Positions 1 through 11,625 of a stretch of 64,000 bases of DNA are shown piece by piece. The notes under the pieces are model-generated. The model was given only the letters and a program-made list of their open reading frames with translations, had not been told where the DNA came from and ran no database searches. The stretch lies in NCBI GenBank assembly GCA_036785375.1, contig JAWMAR010000008.1, positions 6,200,001-6,264,000 of the forward strand, in the 5' to 3' direction. Every line of letters starts with the position of its first letter. Within the stretch, counting starts at the first letter, position 1. Made by a program: the position numbers and the translations under genes. Source of the stretch: Leucoraja ocellata. Lineage: Eukaryota.

Positions 1-415
1 TACCTTGCATATGAATTGATGCATTTCCAAATACGCCACTTGGTGAAAATAGCAAAATACTCATAAAAATCTCTGCAGTAATCGGGATAGCATTATTTTT
101 GCTAACATTGATCAACGCGCTGTTGCATTCTGATATGACAAAGCTGTACAATAATAAAGACTAAAGTTCTCATCAAGACAAACATTTGACAACTCAATTC
201 AGTCTCCAGCTTATTACATAACAATTTTTATATTGCATACATTCTAAAATTATATTCTATGAAATTATGCCTTTAAACATGGTAAAGGAAAATAAAGTCA
301 AAGTGGAACCTAAAGGACTTCTAGTACAGGTGCACAACCTTTTATCCGAAGATCCAAATAACGAAAACCTCTGAATAGCGACATTTTTTCGGTCCTTGAA
401 GAAAGGTCCTTGAAA

Positions 416-2136
416 ACGTTCACCGAGGGCGGCCCGCAGAGGTGACAGCGGAACCTCCGGTCGGTCCTCGAAGAAAGGGGAACTAAATCCCCATTCATAA
501 AAGAGAAGGTGAGGGTATATTGCGCGGGAGGGTTAATAATTGACAATATGCTGCTACCTGCCAGCTGAGTTAAAAAGTTCCCACGGCAGACTCACGATAC
601 ACAGTGTATCGTGAGTCTTGCGTGGGAACTTTTTAACTCAGCGTGCAGGCAGCAGTAGATTGTCGCTCCCTTCAGTTTCACCCCACCTACACCCCTCTGC
701 TTCCCGGCCATGTGTGTGACCCCTTCCCTCCCCTCTCCAGCTCCTCGCTCATTGCACCGGCGCGGGGGCTTTGTACTGTCTTCACGTCGCGATGTTAGCA
801 GCACAGTGCCAGTCACCGGAAACATCAGGACCAACGGAACACCGACCCCCAGGCCCACTGCAAGCACGGAGATCCCAGATCAGCAACTCCAGCCCAGCCC
901 CGTTCCAACTCCAGAGGAACACGCTCCCCGTACGGGCAGAAGCTGATGGTGTGCAAGGGGTACGTCTTGTTCTTGGGGTCGCGCAGCTCAGGCTGTGGGC
1001 GAACTGCCACTTGTCGCCATAGCGGCCCATCGGGGAGCGGATTCCTCTGGAGTTGGAGGGGGAGGGGGGTATTGTGCTGTTTGATCGCCCCCTACTATTC
1101 CAGGGACAGGGAGACAGGACGTTCACCGAGGGCGGCCCGCAGAGGTGGCAGCGGAACCTCCAGTCGGCCCTCGAAGAAAGGGGAACTAAATCCCCATCCA
1201 TAAAAGAGAAGGTGAGCGTATATTGCGCGGGAGGGTTAATAATTGACAATCTGCTGCTACCTGCCCGCTGAGTTAAAAAGTTCCCACGGTAGACTCACGA
1301 TACACAATGTATCGTGAGTCTTGCCTGGGAACTTTTTAACTCAGCGTGCAGGCAGCAGTAGATTGTCGCTCCCTTCAGTTTCACCCCACCTACACCCCTC
1401 TGGTTCCCGGCCATGTGTGTGACCCCTTCCCTCCCCTCTCCAGTTCCCTGCTCATTGCACCGGCGCGGGGGCTTTGTACTGTCTTCACGTCGGCGATGGC
1501 TGCAGGCCAGTGCAGTCACCGGAGACGTCAGGACCAATTGGACGTCGACCACCAGGCCCACCGCAAGCACGGAGAACCCAGAGACCCACAGCCAACAGCA
1601 GCCCAGCCCAGCCCCGCTCCAACTACAGGGGAACCTGGGTTGCGGATGACGGGGCGCAGCTCGGGGCGTCGTAGGGGCCCATCGGGGAGCGGGTTCCTGT
1701 TGGTCCTGACGTCTCCGGCCACCTGCTATCCTCCGGGAACTGTACCGCCCTTGCAGGAGAGTGGCGTTGTTTGCAGTTGCAGAGGGAGGGGGCAAGGGCG
1801 GTACAGTTCCCAGTCTCAGCTCCCGTCCAGGGGGGTGGCCGGAGACGTCAGGACCAACGGGCCAGCGACCCCCAGGCCCACTGCAAGCACGGAGATCCCA
1901 GAGACCCACAGCCAGCAGCAACTCCAGCCCAGCCCCGCTCCAACTCCAGAGGAACACGTAGGGGCAGAAGCTGATGGTGTGCAAGGTGTTCTTGGGGTGG
2001 CGCAGCTCGGGCTGTTGGGCAAACTGCCACTTGTCGCCGTAGCGGCCCATCGGGGAGAGGATTCCTCTGGAGTTGGAGGGGGAGGGGGGTATTGTGCTGT
2101 TTGATCGCCCCCTGCTATCCCAGGGACAGGGAGACA
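416..2136 (+). repeat. Internal tandem duplication of the transposon interior (copy 1 416-1116, copy 2 1119-2136)
   Basis: Both copies start ACGTTCACCGAGGGCGGCCCGCAGAGG and end CAGGGACAGGGAGACA. Copy 2 has an extra ~320-bp sub-repeat. Confidence 0.9.
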
Positions 2137-2254
2137 CAGTGGCTTTTTAGACTGGTGGGCAATCACTTCCAAAGTTCTGCCCACACAGTCAGTACACCTC
2201 TCCTACACTGCATTTCATACAAACATTTATTCTGCAAGAAAAAACGACATTGAA

Positions 2255-2346
2255 GACTCAAACTCGCGACCGAGTAACTGCCGGGATCAAGGCGCAAACT
2301 CGCGACCTTGCGGATATGAGCCGAACACTCTACCACTGAGCCAGCC
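2255..2346 (-). pseudogene. tRNA(Met, CAT)-like fragment or SINE head inside the DNA transposon
   Basis: Minus strand GGCTGGCTCAGTGGTAGAG (A-box/D-arm), TTCGG-CTCATAT-CCG anticodon arm, and T-arm-like GGTCGCGAGTTTG present twice. No intact acceptor stem. Confidence 0.55.
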
Positions 2347-2726
2347 ATTAAAATCTACGCTAAAAAATTTCCATTCCGAAGACCGACAAATTCTGAATTA
2401 CGAAAAGTGTCTGGTCCCAAGGCTTTCGGATAAAAGGTTGTGCACCTGTAATAATATTCACTGTGAATTGAATTCCTTCTGCTTCGCCATATTTTAAGTA
2501 GTTTTAAAATGTAATAGTCAAGCGCTGAACCATTTTCGGGAATTGAACTAAATGACCAACATTTAGTAGTCATGTTTACTTTCATTTATAAGCATAAAAA
2601 ACAGCTTAACTCTTAAATCCCATTTTTATCTTATCAGAAAAATGCTAATTATGATAGGTTGTATATTACATATTTAGCATCATTTCATGTCTTCATGTAT
2701 TGTTTCAGTATGATTTCCAAATTCAT

Positions 2727-2904
2727 GTGTAAGAAGAAACTGCAGATGCTGGTTTAAACCGAAGATATACAAAAAGCTGTAGTATTTCAGCGGGACAGGC
2801 AGCATCTCTTCAGAAGGGTCTCGACCCGAAACGTCACCCATTCCTTCTCTCCAGAAATGCTGCCTGGCCTGCTGAGTTACTCCAGCATTTTGTGATCTAC
2901 CTTC
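2727..2904. mobile_element. Penelope-type palindromic terminal unit with hammerhead remnant
   Basis: Inverted arms CAGCGGGACAGGCAGCAT / ATGCTGCCTGGCCTGCTG around GAAGGGTCTCGACCCGAAACGTC (2813-2835). Confidence 0.7.
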
Positions 2905-3116
2905 AAGTACATCCTCAGATGTTGTGGGAAACTAGGGAGGAAATTGTGGAGGTCTTTGAGGAGATATTGCCATCTTTTGCCACTAGTGAAGTTCCAGATG
3001 GCTGGAGGGTGGCTGATGTATCATTATTTAATAAGAACAACTAACCCAATATACCAACGATCAGTATGGACAAGGTGGTCTAAGGGGCCTGTTTCATGCT
3101 GTACACCTCCATGACT
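2905..3116 (+). mobile_element. Degraded CR1/HER1 LINE fragment
   Basis: HPQMLWETREEI...EVPDGWRVA-like ORF2 relic joined to a CR1 3' tail (GGGCCTGTTTCATGCTGT). Confidence 0.65.
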
Positions 3117-3247
3117 ACTACAAAACCTCATCACCTGTGTAAATGATCCCTGCTGCGGGAGAAGAGATAAGAGAGAAATATCTTATCTCTTGAGATAAAT
3201 TTAAAAATGTCAGAAAAATATTAAGTATGTTTTTCTTTTTTTCATAG

Positions 3248-4456
3248 GAAGGCATCCTGACGTCATGGATTTTCTACAGTGACAATACGGCAGCACCATT
3301 GACTCTCTACAATGTCAAAGACTACAACCTGACAGTTAGCACACTGAATGATAAAGTCGTCTCTTCTACGCAGGACCCAGTTTGTCCCCTGATAATAGCA
3401 GAAGGTGAAGGATCAGGTGAATTTATCAGAGTGGAACTGGGCATCTGTGAACCCTGTAAAAAGACCAACCGCAAGAGTGTCTTGTTTGTGACACTTGTCA
3501 ATGTGAAGGTTCGCTTTGGGTTTGATGATGATTCAGAAGAAGACCTAGAAAATACCGGTGAAGATTATGCACCTGATGGAGTTCGATTTCAAAGCAATCC
3601 ATTTGGTCCTAAACCAAAAGAGAAAGATCGGTTTGATTTCATGCCAGACACTTCTTCAACTGGTGACCGCGAGGAAAGGGTTATGTGGAAGAGTAGCACA
3701 ACTGTAAAGTCAGCTGTGGAAGAAAGGACTGACTCAAGGGCAGAACCAGGCAAGGGCATTGATGGCATGCAAGAAAATGGAGTACATTTTGATAACACAA
3801 GGATGCCCAGCTTACCTCTTGACATTGATGTCACAGATCTGCCAAAAGATCTCGCAGATCCTGATGATGAGTATGCCCCAACGCCACGGGGTCTAACTGA
3901 TTTGGAAATTGGAATGTATGCACTGTTAGGAGTCTTCTGCCTCGCAATACTGGTTTTTCTAATAAACTGCATTGTATTTGTCCTCAAGTACAGGCACAAA
4001 CGTATTCCCCCAGAGGGTCAAGCCAGCATGGATCACTCTCACCACTGGGTTTTTCTAGGCAATGGACAACCTCTTCGTACCCAGGCTGACCTCTCGCCTC
4101 AACCTGAAAGTCCTGGCAACCCCTTGGAAAATATCCAAACTTGCTGCCACAATGATCATCAGAGCAGTGGCAGCTCACAGACAAGTGTGCAAAGTCAAGT
4201 GCACAGCAGAGCTGATGGATCATCTGGGAGCTCAGTTATGGAACACAGCGAGGATCCACTACACTCTCCCACCTCCAAGCGCAAAAGGGTCAAGTTTACC
4301 ACTTTTGCCACGTTGCCGTCTGAAGAGCTTGGCATAGCTTACAACTGCATACCAATAGCCGATGAGGAAGACATTGAGTGGGTCTGCCAGGATATGGGTC
4401 TCAGAGACCCAGAGGAACTACACAACTACATTCAAAGAATAAAGGAGATTGCCTAG
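3248..4456 (+). CDS. TMEM132E: TMEM132E terminal coding exon (end of last Ig-like domain, stalk, TM helix, cytoplasmic tail)
   Basis: Acceptor TTTTTCTTTTTTTCATAG|GAA at 3247/3248, in frame with ORF 3299-4456. LTDLEIGMYALLGVFCLAILVFLINCIVFVLKYRHKRIPPEGQASMDHSHHWVFLGNGQPLR, SGSSQTSVQSQVH, SPTSKRKRVKFTTF and C-terminal LHNY..RIKEIA* match TMEM132E as I recall it. Upstream exons lie outside the window. Confidence 0.95.
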   Translation, partial: EGILTSWIFYSDNTAAPLTLYNVKDYNLTVSTLNDKVVSSTQDPVCPLIIAEGEGSGEFIRVELGICEPCKKTNRKSVLFVTLVNVKVRFGFDDDSEEDLENTGEDYAPDGVRFQSNPFGPKPKEKDRFDFMPDTSSTGDREERVMWKSSTTVKSAVEERTDSRAEPGKGIDGMQENGVHFDNTRMPSLPLDIDVTDLPKDLADPDDEYAPTPRGLTDLEIGMYALLGVFCLAILVFLINCIVFVLKYRHKRIPPEGQASMDHSHHWVFLGNGQPLRTQADLSPQPESPGNPLENIQTCCHNDHQSSGSSQTSVQSQVHSRADGSSGSSVMEHSEDPLHSPTSKRKRVKFTTFATLPSEELGIAYNCIPIADEEDIEWVCQDMGLRDPEELHNYIQRIKEIA

Positions 4457-7108
4457 TCTGCTGCTGCTTTTCTTTGCTGCATTTATAGCTGCCAGATATT
4501 TGCCACGTATAGTTTTTTGTTTGGTCCACAGAAGGAAGCTGCAGTACGTGGAGACTGGGTGAACATAAAAGTGCTCTAACAATATTTGTGGTCAAATGAG
4601 TACTGGTAATGCTGCAATATTTAAAATAGGTTTGCAGTGAGAAGCTGATCAAACCTTTTGCAAAGAATACTCTTTGCTGAAACACCATTGACAAATCACA
4701 GTTGATGAAAGACAGACTCTATTATAATGAAATAAACATGACTGGTTTAGCACAGGGGCATAGTGTTTGCTCATAATCAAAAGAAGCATGCTGGAATCGC
4801 TCTGTGTAGGTGACGGTGAAATGGGACAACATTGGCATCTTATTTTTAAGACTCCAGTAGGCTGAAAACAACAGAGAGTTGCATATTCTGCACAACAAGG
4901 AGTTGTTTTAAGATGTAAAACAGTCCTTGTAGTTGATAGATATGACAGAACAAGTATGGTAAGACCCTTACCAAATTGAATGCATCAGACAAAACTGGTA
5001 TTGAAACTAAGTGGCAAATGTTGATTTAAAAAATATATATATTTTAATCGCAATTTGAGTCCACAGTCAATTCTGAAAGTTGGCAATGTCTATTTCATTC
5101 ACGTTTCGGTCTCATTATTTGCATTAATAAAAGCTGTTGAAGCAAGAGCATGGCACAAATTGCAGTGTTACTACTGGTTGTGAGAAAGCTGATACATGAA
5201 TGATTAATTAATGTTGAAAAGAAAAGGTTTCTCTGTTTATGGGAAACAAATAATGTGATATTGTTCTCTGTGAAGTGTGATAGCAGCAATCTGATCATTT
5301 TGTCATTGGCCTCATTATATATTCATTTTAATTTAATATGCATATTTATAAAGCAATCTATTGGAATGCTCGAGCAGAAATGTCCAGATATGCTCTTTTC
5401 TAATTAATCACAGCAGGAATCAATTGTGCTCAAATTTAAAACAAAACAAAAATCTTAATTTGCAGGGACTGGGAATCTGTGATTTTATTCAAAAAACAAC
5501 AGTGACACGGTCAAACTGAAAATTATGACTTTCAATGGTTTTTTTAAAATATTTTTTTGAGAAAGCTAGCAGCTATTTTAAATGTGAGAGGCATTGACAG
5601 AAAGCAAACCAAAATCCATTGGCTTTTGTAAATTGCCAAAGGAAAATTTGACTCAAATTGGTCATTGAACATAGAGTATACTTGTGAGGTATTGAAATGA
5701 CCTTCCTAATCAGTGAAACTGCAGCAAGAAGTAATGTGGCGATACCGATGTTGGTTGTAGACCAATAGAATGTGATGTTTGATTCATTAGATCTGCTGTG
5801 AAATGGGAATGTGATGAAAGATGATTATCAGGTTTTGATAAATTAATGATAAACGAAGGAAAACATTTCCACTGTGTACCTATCTTGTTAAATCTCCTGA
5901 AAAAAGCCTGCAAAAGGATATTGCAGGTTTAAACAATCATAGATTCACGGGGATGGGGTGATTTAGGTGTATTTCATCTTGATGGAATGATATCTATATG
6001 TATATATGAATTTCTATACAATTAAACCAAACCACAACGTTAAGAAAGATCCTAGTTAAGTTTCTCTCTGTCTTGCAGCTTTCACTAGGCCTTTAAGTAA
6101 ACAATTTTCATTATAAATTGATATTTCTGATGACTGAAGTGAATTTGAAGCCTCAGTCAGCAGTCAATAAACTTCACAAAAGAAATCCACCAGACAGATA
6201 TTTCTGACTGTATGCTGACTGACAACTCACAATCCTCCTGCTCATTAAAATGAACAGTGAAGGAACAATGGCTGGCAAAATCACACGCCTAAAATCTCAG
6301 TTTAGCTTAACCCAACAGCATGGATAAACTACAACCGTATTCATACAACATTTTAGAACATGGTGCAACCTCATGGCTTAAAATGCACAACCACTTATCA
6401 ATTTAACAATGTTCCTATAATCGTTTTCCAAAAGCATGAATATTGCTCCAATATTGAACCAAAATTTTGACTTCCGTCTTTGGGCAATTATCTTGCAGTT
6501 GCTTCAAGAATGCATTCCAATGATTTTGTAATAACAAAAAGGTCAAGAATACTTCAGCTGTACATTTTATGCACAGTTTTCTGACATTAGTCTGCTGCGC
6601 CCAGCAATTCCCTTCTCCATCATCTTATTCTTCTGCCATCATTGCTAGGTTTTTATAACTCCTACAAATTTTGCCACCTTGCTACTTCCATTCCTGCCTT
6701 TACAAAGATTCATTAAACTTAGCTTTTTAAATGTGCCTTTGACTAACTTTCCTAAATTATCCACCTCTTTCCACTGTGAAGCTCCTTGGGGGTTTTGCTA
6801 TATTTAATGCAAATTCCAGGTTATTATTGCTTGCCTTGAAATTGAAAAATTACAAGGTTTGTGTATAGCACACTATTTATATAATTGTTCCAAATATGGA
6901 GAGATTATGGCGAAATTCAAGGTGTGTTTAACATTTTTGGTTTATAAAGTTCTTGCGACAAGTGCACAAAAGTAATCTTCATCTATAGTGTTTGTCTAGC
7001 ATGATTGAAATTTAGAACTGTAAAGAAAATAATAAAGTTGGAGTAAACATCTAGGCCCTGTTATTACCCAGATGATGCTAGTTAATGCACATTTTACATT
7101 TTCATGTA

Positions 7109-8717
7109 CAGTGCCCTCCATAATGTTTGGGACAAAGACTCATCATTTATTCATTTGCCTCTGTAATCCACAATTTGACATTTGTAATAGAAAAAATAAC
7201 ATGTGGTTAAAGTGCACATTGTCAGATTTAAATAAAAGCCATTTTTATACATTTTTGTTTCAACATGTAGAAATTACAGCAGTGTTTATACATAGTCCCC
7301 CCATTTCAAGGCACCATAATGTTTGGGACACAGCAATGTCATGTAAATGAAAGTAGTCATGTTTAGTATTTTGTTGCATATCCTTTGCATGCAATGACGG
7401 CTTGAAGTCTGCGATTCATGGACATCACCAGTTGCTGGGTGTCTTCTCTGGTGATGCTCTGCCAGGCCTGTATTACAACCATCTTTAGCTTATGCCTGTT
7501 TTGGGGCCTACTTCCCTCCAGTTTTCTCTTCAGCATATACAAGGCATGCTCAATTGGGTTCAGATCGGGTGATTGACTTGCCAACTCAAGAATTTACAAT
7601 TTTTTAGCTTTGAAAAACTCCTTTGTTGCTTTAGCAGTATGTTTGGGATAATTGTCTTGCTGGAGAATGAACCGCTGGCCAATGTGTTTTGAGGCATTTG
7701 TTTGTACTTGAGCAGATAGGGTGTCTATACACTTCAGAATTCATTATGCTATTACCATTAGCAGTTGTATCATCAATGAAGATTAATGAGCCAGTACCTT
7801 CAGCAGCCATACATGCACAGGCCATGACCACAGATGAGGTGATATGCTTTGTATCTTGGGCGGTTCCTTCTCTCCTCCATACTTTGCTCTTGCCATCACT
7901 CTAATCTTCGTCTCATCTGTCCGCAAGACCTTTTTCCTGAACTGTGGTTGCTCTTTTAAGTACTTCTCTGCAACTGTAACCTGGCCATCCTATTTTTGCA
8001 GCTAACCAGTGGTTTGCACCTTGCAGTGTAGCCTCTGTATTTCTGTTCATGAAGTCTTCTGCAGACAGTGTTCATTGACAAATCCACACCTGACTCCAGA
8101 AGAGTATTTCTGATCTGTCGGACTGGTGCTTGGGGATTTTTCTTTATTATGGAGCGAATTCTTCCATCATCAGCTGTTGACGTCTTTCTTGGCCTGCCAG
8201 TCTCTTTGTGATTAGTAGGCTCACCAGTGCTCTCTTTCTTCTTAATGATGTTCCAAACAGTTGATTTTGGTAAGCCTAAGGTTTGGCTGATGTCTAACAA
8301 TTTTATTCTTGTTTCTCAGTCTCATAATGGCTTCTTTGACATTCATTAGCACAACTTTGACAAACAGCAATAAACGTTTCCAAAGGTGATGGAAAAACTG
8401 GAGGAAATACTGAGAGAAATGCTGAAAGCTCTCATATACCTGAATTAAGGAGGCATTTAAACACACCTGGGCAATTACAAACACATGTGAAGCCATATGT
8501 CCCAAACATTATGGTGCCCTGAAATGTGGGACTATGCATAAACACAGCTGTAATATCTACATGATGAAACCAAAATGTATAAAAATACCCTTTAATAAAA
8601 TCTGACAATGTGCACTTTAACCACATGTAATTTTTTCTATTACAAATCTCAAATTGTGGAGTACAGAGACAAATAAATAAAATATGTGTCTTTGTCCCAA
8701 ACATTATGGGGGCACTG
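7109..8717 (-). mobile_element. Full-length Tc1-family (IR/DR type) DNA transposon, 1609 bp
   Basis: TA|CAGTGCCCTCCATAATGTTTGGGACA...TGTCCCAAACATTATGGGGGCACTG|TA. ~220-bp TIRs, each with two CATAATGTTTGGGACA direct repeats. Confidence 0.95.
7363..8360 (-). pseudogene. Frameshifted Tc1 DDE transposase
   Basis: Split ORFs: HTH (ISQTLGLPKSTVWNIIKK), GRPRKT, MVMACACMAAEGTGSLIFID, SQSPDLNPIEH. Several frameshifts. Confidence 0.9.
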
Positions 8718-10250
8718 TATGTTTTCATAATTTTTGCCAGTATTACAAAGTCAATGTGTTCATTGTGTAAAATAATTAAAGTATCACATTATCAAAAATA
8801 CTTTTTTGGTTTCTGTTACAATTTAAAGTTATTTTTGCACGTTTTGGAGGGAGCATGATTAGAAACCAGCAAAGCTTATTTCCTTGTCAGCTGTAGATGT
8901 GACGTGAGAAAATCTGTCCAAACCATGTTGGTGAGAGCAGTTTCTGTTCACCTGATAGATTATAGCCCCCCAGAAAATAAAATTTGTTGGTAATAATTCT
9001 ACAACTGCTTTAGAGTGTGTGTCAAAGTGAAAGGCAGTAAGTATTTCTGCCCTTGATTACTTTCCACCAGAAAATCCAAGTATGGGTTGAGTGGAAAATC
9101 AGATTTCATTTATATATTTCTGTAATGTGTACTTTCCTTTCAGTGTAAACATTTACTTCCTTCTATCCATTGCATCCCTTAAATCTCCTTCTAGCCTCAA
9201 ATAGCCACTTTCCAGTGACGATCCCCCACCCTCATATGAAATCCATCTTTCTCTTCAGGGAGAAATCAGTCTTTGCCAGAAAACTCCTACACAAAATGTG
9301 TAGATTAACAATCACTTGGTGTCATTGTTTACTTTACCTTTATTTTGCCTCTGTGGCAATGTGATCGAATATAGATATCTAAAAATTTTCCAAGTTTAGC
9401 CTATCTTTTTTAGTGTAATTTGTACAGAATACTCAGCTGCATGCTTTGTATACCATGTTCTAAAAATCCATATTGGTACATACCTTCTACTCATCTTTTT
9501 AACTCTCTTAAATTAGATGCTTTCTTACTTTAATGATTGTATTCATATTTATCAAATAAATATTCAATGATCCATTATATACTGCAAGCCTCCTCATCTC
9601 TCATAGAATCCTGGATATTTTTTGTCAATGTCTCCCCTCTTCTAGTTCTAGTTGAACTATTGAATGTGTTGTCTCATTAGCCTATATAGACGTCTGTTTG
9701 GAACAAGGCTGTTGGAATATTTACTTGCAGCATTAGGAATTAAGCACTGCTACAGGTGATACATCTATATAACTTTCCAGGTTTAAGATAAATTGAAAAA
9801 TCTTCCGTGTATCAGCTTTCAACAAAGTAACCAATGAGACGACATAATGTTATCAAATTAATGAATGGTGCACAAGTAAAATTTAGACCAACTCTTTATA
9901 CAAGATGTATAGTATACAGTAACATAAGTTAATTTTAATCATGTTACATCCTTAATACAGTCTAATCAGTACTTCTGTTCTCCTTGTCTTGGTCTTGCTT
10001 TAGTGTAAGAATGCATCATAGACTGCTAATATTCATTCTACTTGCTTGTCCAAACCAACTGCGAATTCTTGAAAAAAATCTGTTTCTCTTTTCTAAATCT
10101 ATTTCTTGATCATTTTACTTGGTTGACATTTTTTTTATAATGTGCTAATTCTGATTCTAATTCAAATACTGTTCAGATAAAACAATAATTTAGTTCCTCA
10201 TCTACCCTATAGCATTAGGCTTATTAAACTGATTTTTTTTCAATTTAAAC

Positions 10251-10360
10251 CATAAGACATGGGAGCAGAATTAGGTCAGTCGACCTGCTCTGCCATTCAA
10301 TCGTGACTGATCTTATTTTCCCTCTCAACCCCATTCTCCTGCCTTCTCATAACCTTTGAC
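10251..10360 (-). mobile_element. CR1/HER1 3' tail fragment
   Basis: GGAGCAGAATTAGG...CCATTCAATCGTGACTGATC...CCCCATTCTCCTGCCTTCTC. Confidence 0.6.
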
Positions 10361-10855
10361 GTCATTTGGTTTAGTTGCTCCAAGATCATTAAAAAAAAAA
10401 TAGTATAATTTTCTGCACAATACTCTTCAGCATTTGCATTGCTCAGAAGATATTTAATGTAACAGTATCACATTAATAAACCACTTTACTGGTATGCAAG
10501 CTGCATCTGGTCCTGGTTTGCGCATAGTATTCAATGTGATTACCTGGCTGAACAGATCACTGATCAGAGTTTACTACAGTAAATGTTTGAATGAAAACAC
10601 CAATTGAAATCATCTTAAAGAAAATGAAAATGTATAATGCAAAGAAATTTACTAAAATTGAGCTGTATGCAGTTTCGTGGCAGTTTGATTCATGACTGCA
10701 GAACTGTTCATGACATAAAAGAAGTGGTGCATGGAGCAAGAAAACGAAAGGATTCCTCAAATTGGTAACTAAGCATAAAATCATAATTCATGTGGAAACC
10801 TTGAATTTATTTATGCAGTGCCCGAGTGGATAGAGCTCTTAATGAGCAGGGTTCT

Positions 10856-11625
10856 CTATAGAGACACAGCATTGTAACAGGCCTTTCGGCATAATCCATT
10901 CATGCAGACCAAAATGCCCATGTAAGCTAGTTCCATTTGTGCACGTTTAACCCATATCCCTTTGAACGTACTTTATCCATGAACAAACAAAATATATTTT
11001 TAATGTTATAGAACCTGCCTCAACGACATTCTCTGACAGCTCCTTCCATATACGTATCACTCTCTGTGTGAAAAAGCTGCTCCCTAGTTTACTTCTAAAT
11101 CTTTAAACTCTCACCTTAAACCTATGTCCTCTAGTTCTTGATATCCTCACCCTTGGGAAAAATAGTGTGTACGTTCATCTCTCCCTATAACTGTCCCTTG
11201 AGACCTGGCAACATCTTTGTAAACCTTTACAGTACAACAGTACAGAATGACCAAAACTGAACACAATACTCCAAATGCGGCCTGACCAACGTCTTGTACA
11301 ATGGCAACATAACATCCCAATTTCTTTATAATGCCATTACTGATGAAAGCATGGGTGCTAAAAACCACTTCAACACTTTGTCTTCAATTAACTTTCATGT
11401 TTTGTACCTCTCCAGTCCCTCATCTACATTACACCCCAGATCCCTACTGCTAACAGTGAAAATCTTACCCTGGTTTGACTTACCAAAATTCAACACCTTG
11501 CATCTAATTGAATCCATTTAACATTCATCGGCCCACTTACTATCAAGATCCTGAGGTATTTCTTCATACGCTTCTTCACTGTACGTGATATCATCTATTT
11601 TAGCGTCACCTGCAAACTTACCCTA
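10856..11625 (-). mobile_element. Degraded CR1/HER1 LINE 3' portion
   Basis: Minus-strand [14 protein letters not shown]-like motif, GHRFKVR motif and CR1 tail. Confidence 0.8.

Larger units (their letters stand above)
327..2448. mobile_element. Non-autonomous Tc1/mariner-superfamily (Tigger/pogo-like) DNA transposon, 2122 bp, in the last intron of TMEM132E
   Basis: Perfect 24-bp TIR CAGGTGCACAACCTTTTATCCGAA (327-350 / 2425-2448). TA on both sides (325-326, 2449-2450). GC/CpG-rich interior with no transposase. Confidence 0.9.
4457..9580 (+). other. TMEM132E: Probable long TMEM132E 3' UTR (end uncertain)
   Basis: AT-rich non-coding DNA. AATAAA at 4731, 5126, 6166, 7031 and 9555; the last is preceded by several TGTA motifs. 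Confidence 0.45.

Noticed and set aside
310-2348. Many overlapping ORFs up to 280 aa
   Set aside because: By-product of a GC-rich, duplicated, palindromic transposon interior; no recognisable domain, and frames differ between copies.
3299-3301. ORF start for a stand-alone 385-aa protein
   Set aside because: It is an internal TTG; the frame extends to the splice acceptor at 3248.
3589-4337. Antisense and alternate-frame ORFs over TMEM132E
   Set aside because: Shadow ORFs of a real coding exon.
7363-8505. Active transposase gene
   Set aside because: Split over four ORFs by frameshifts and deletions.
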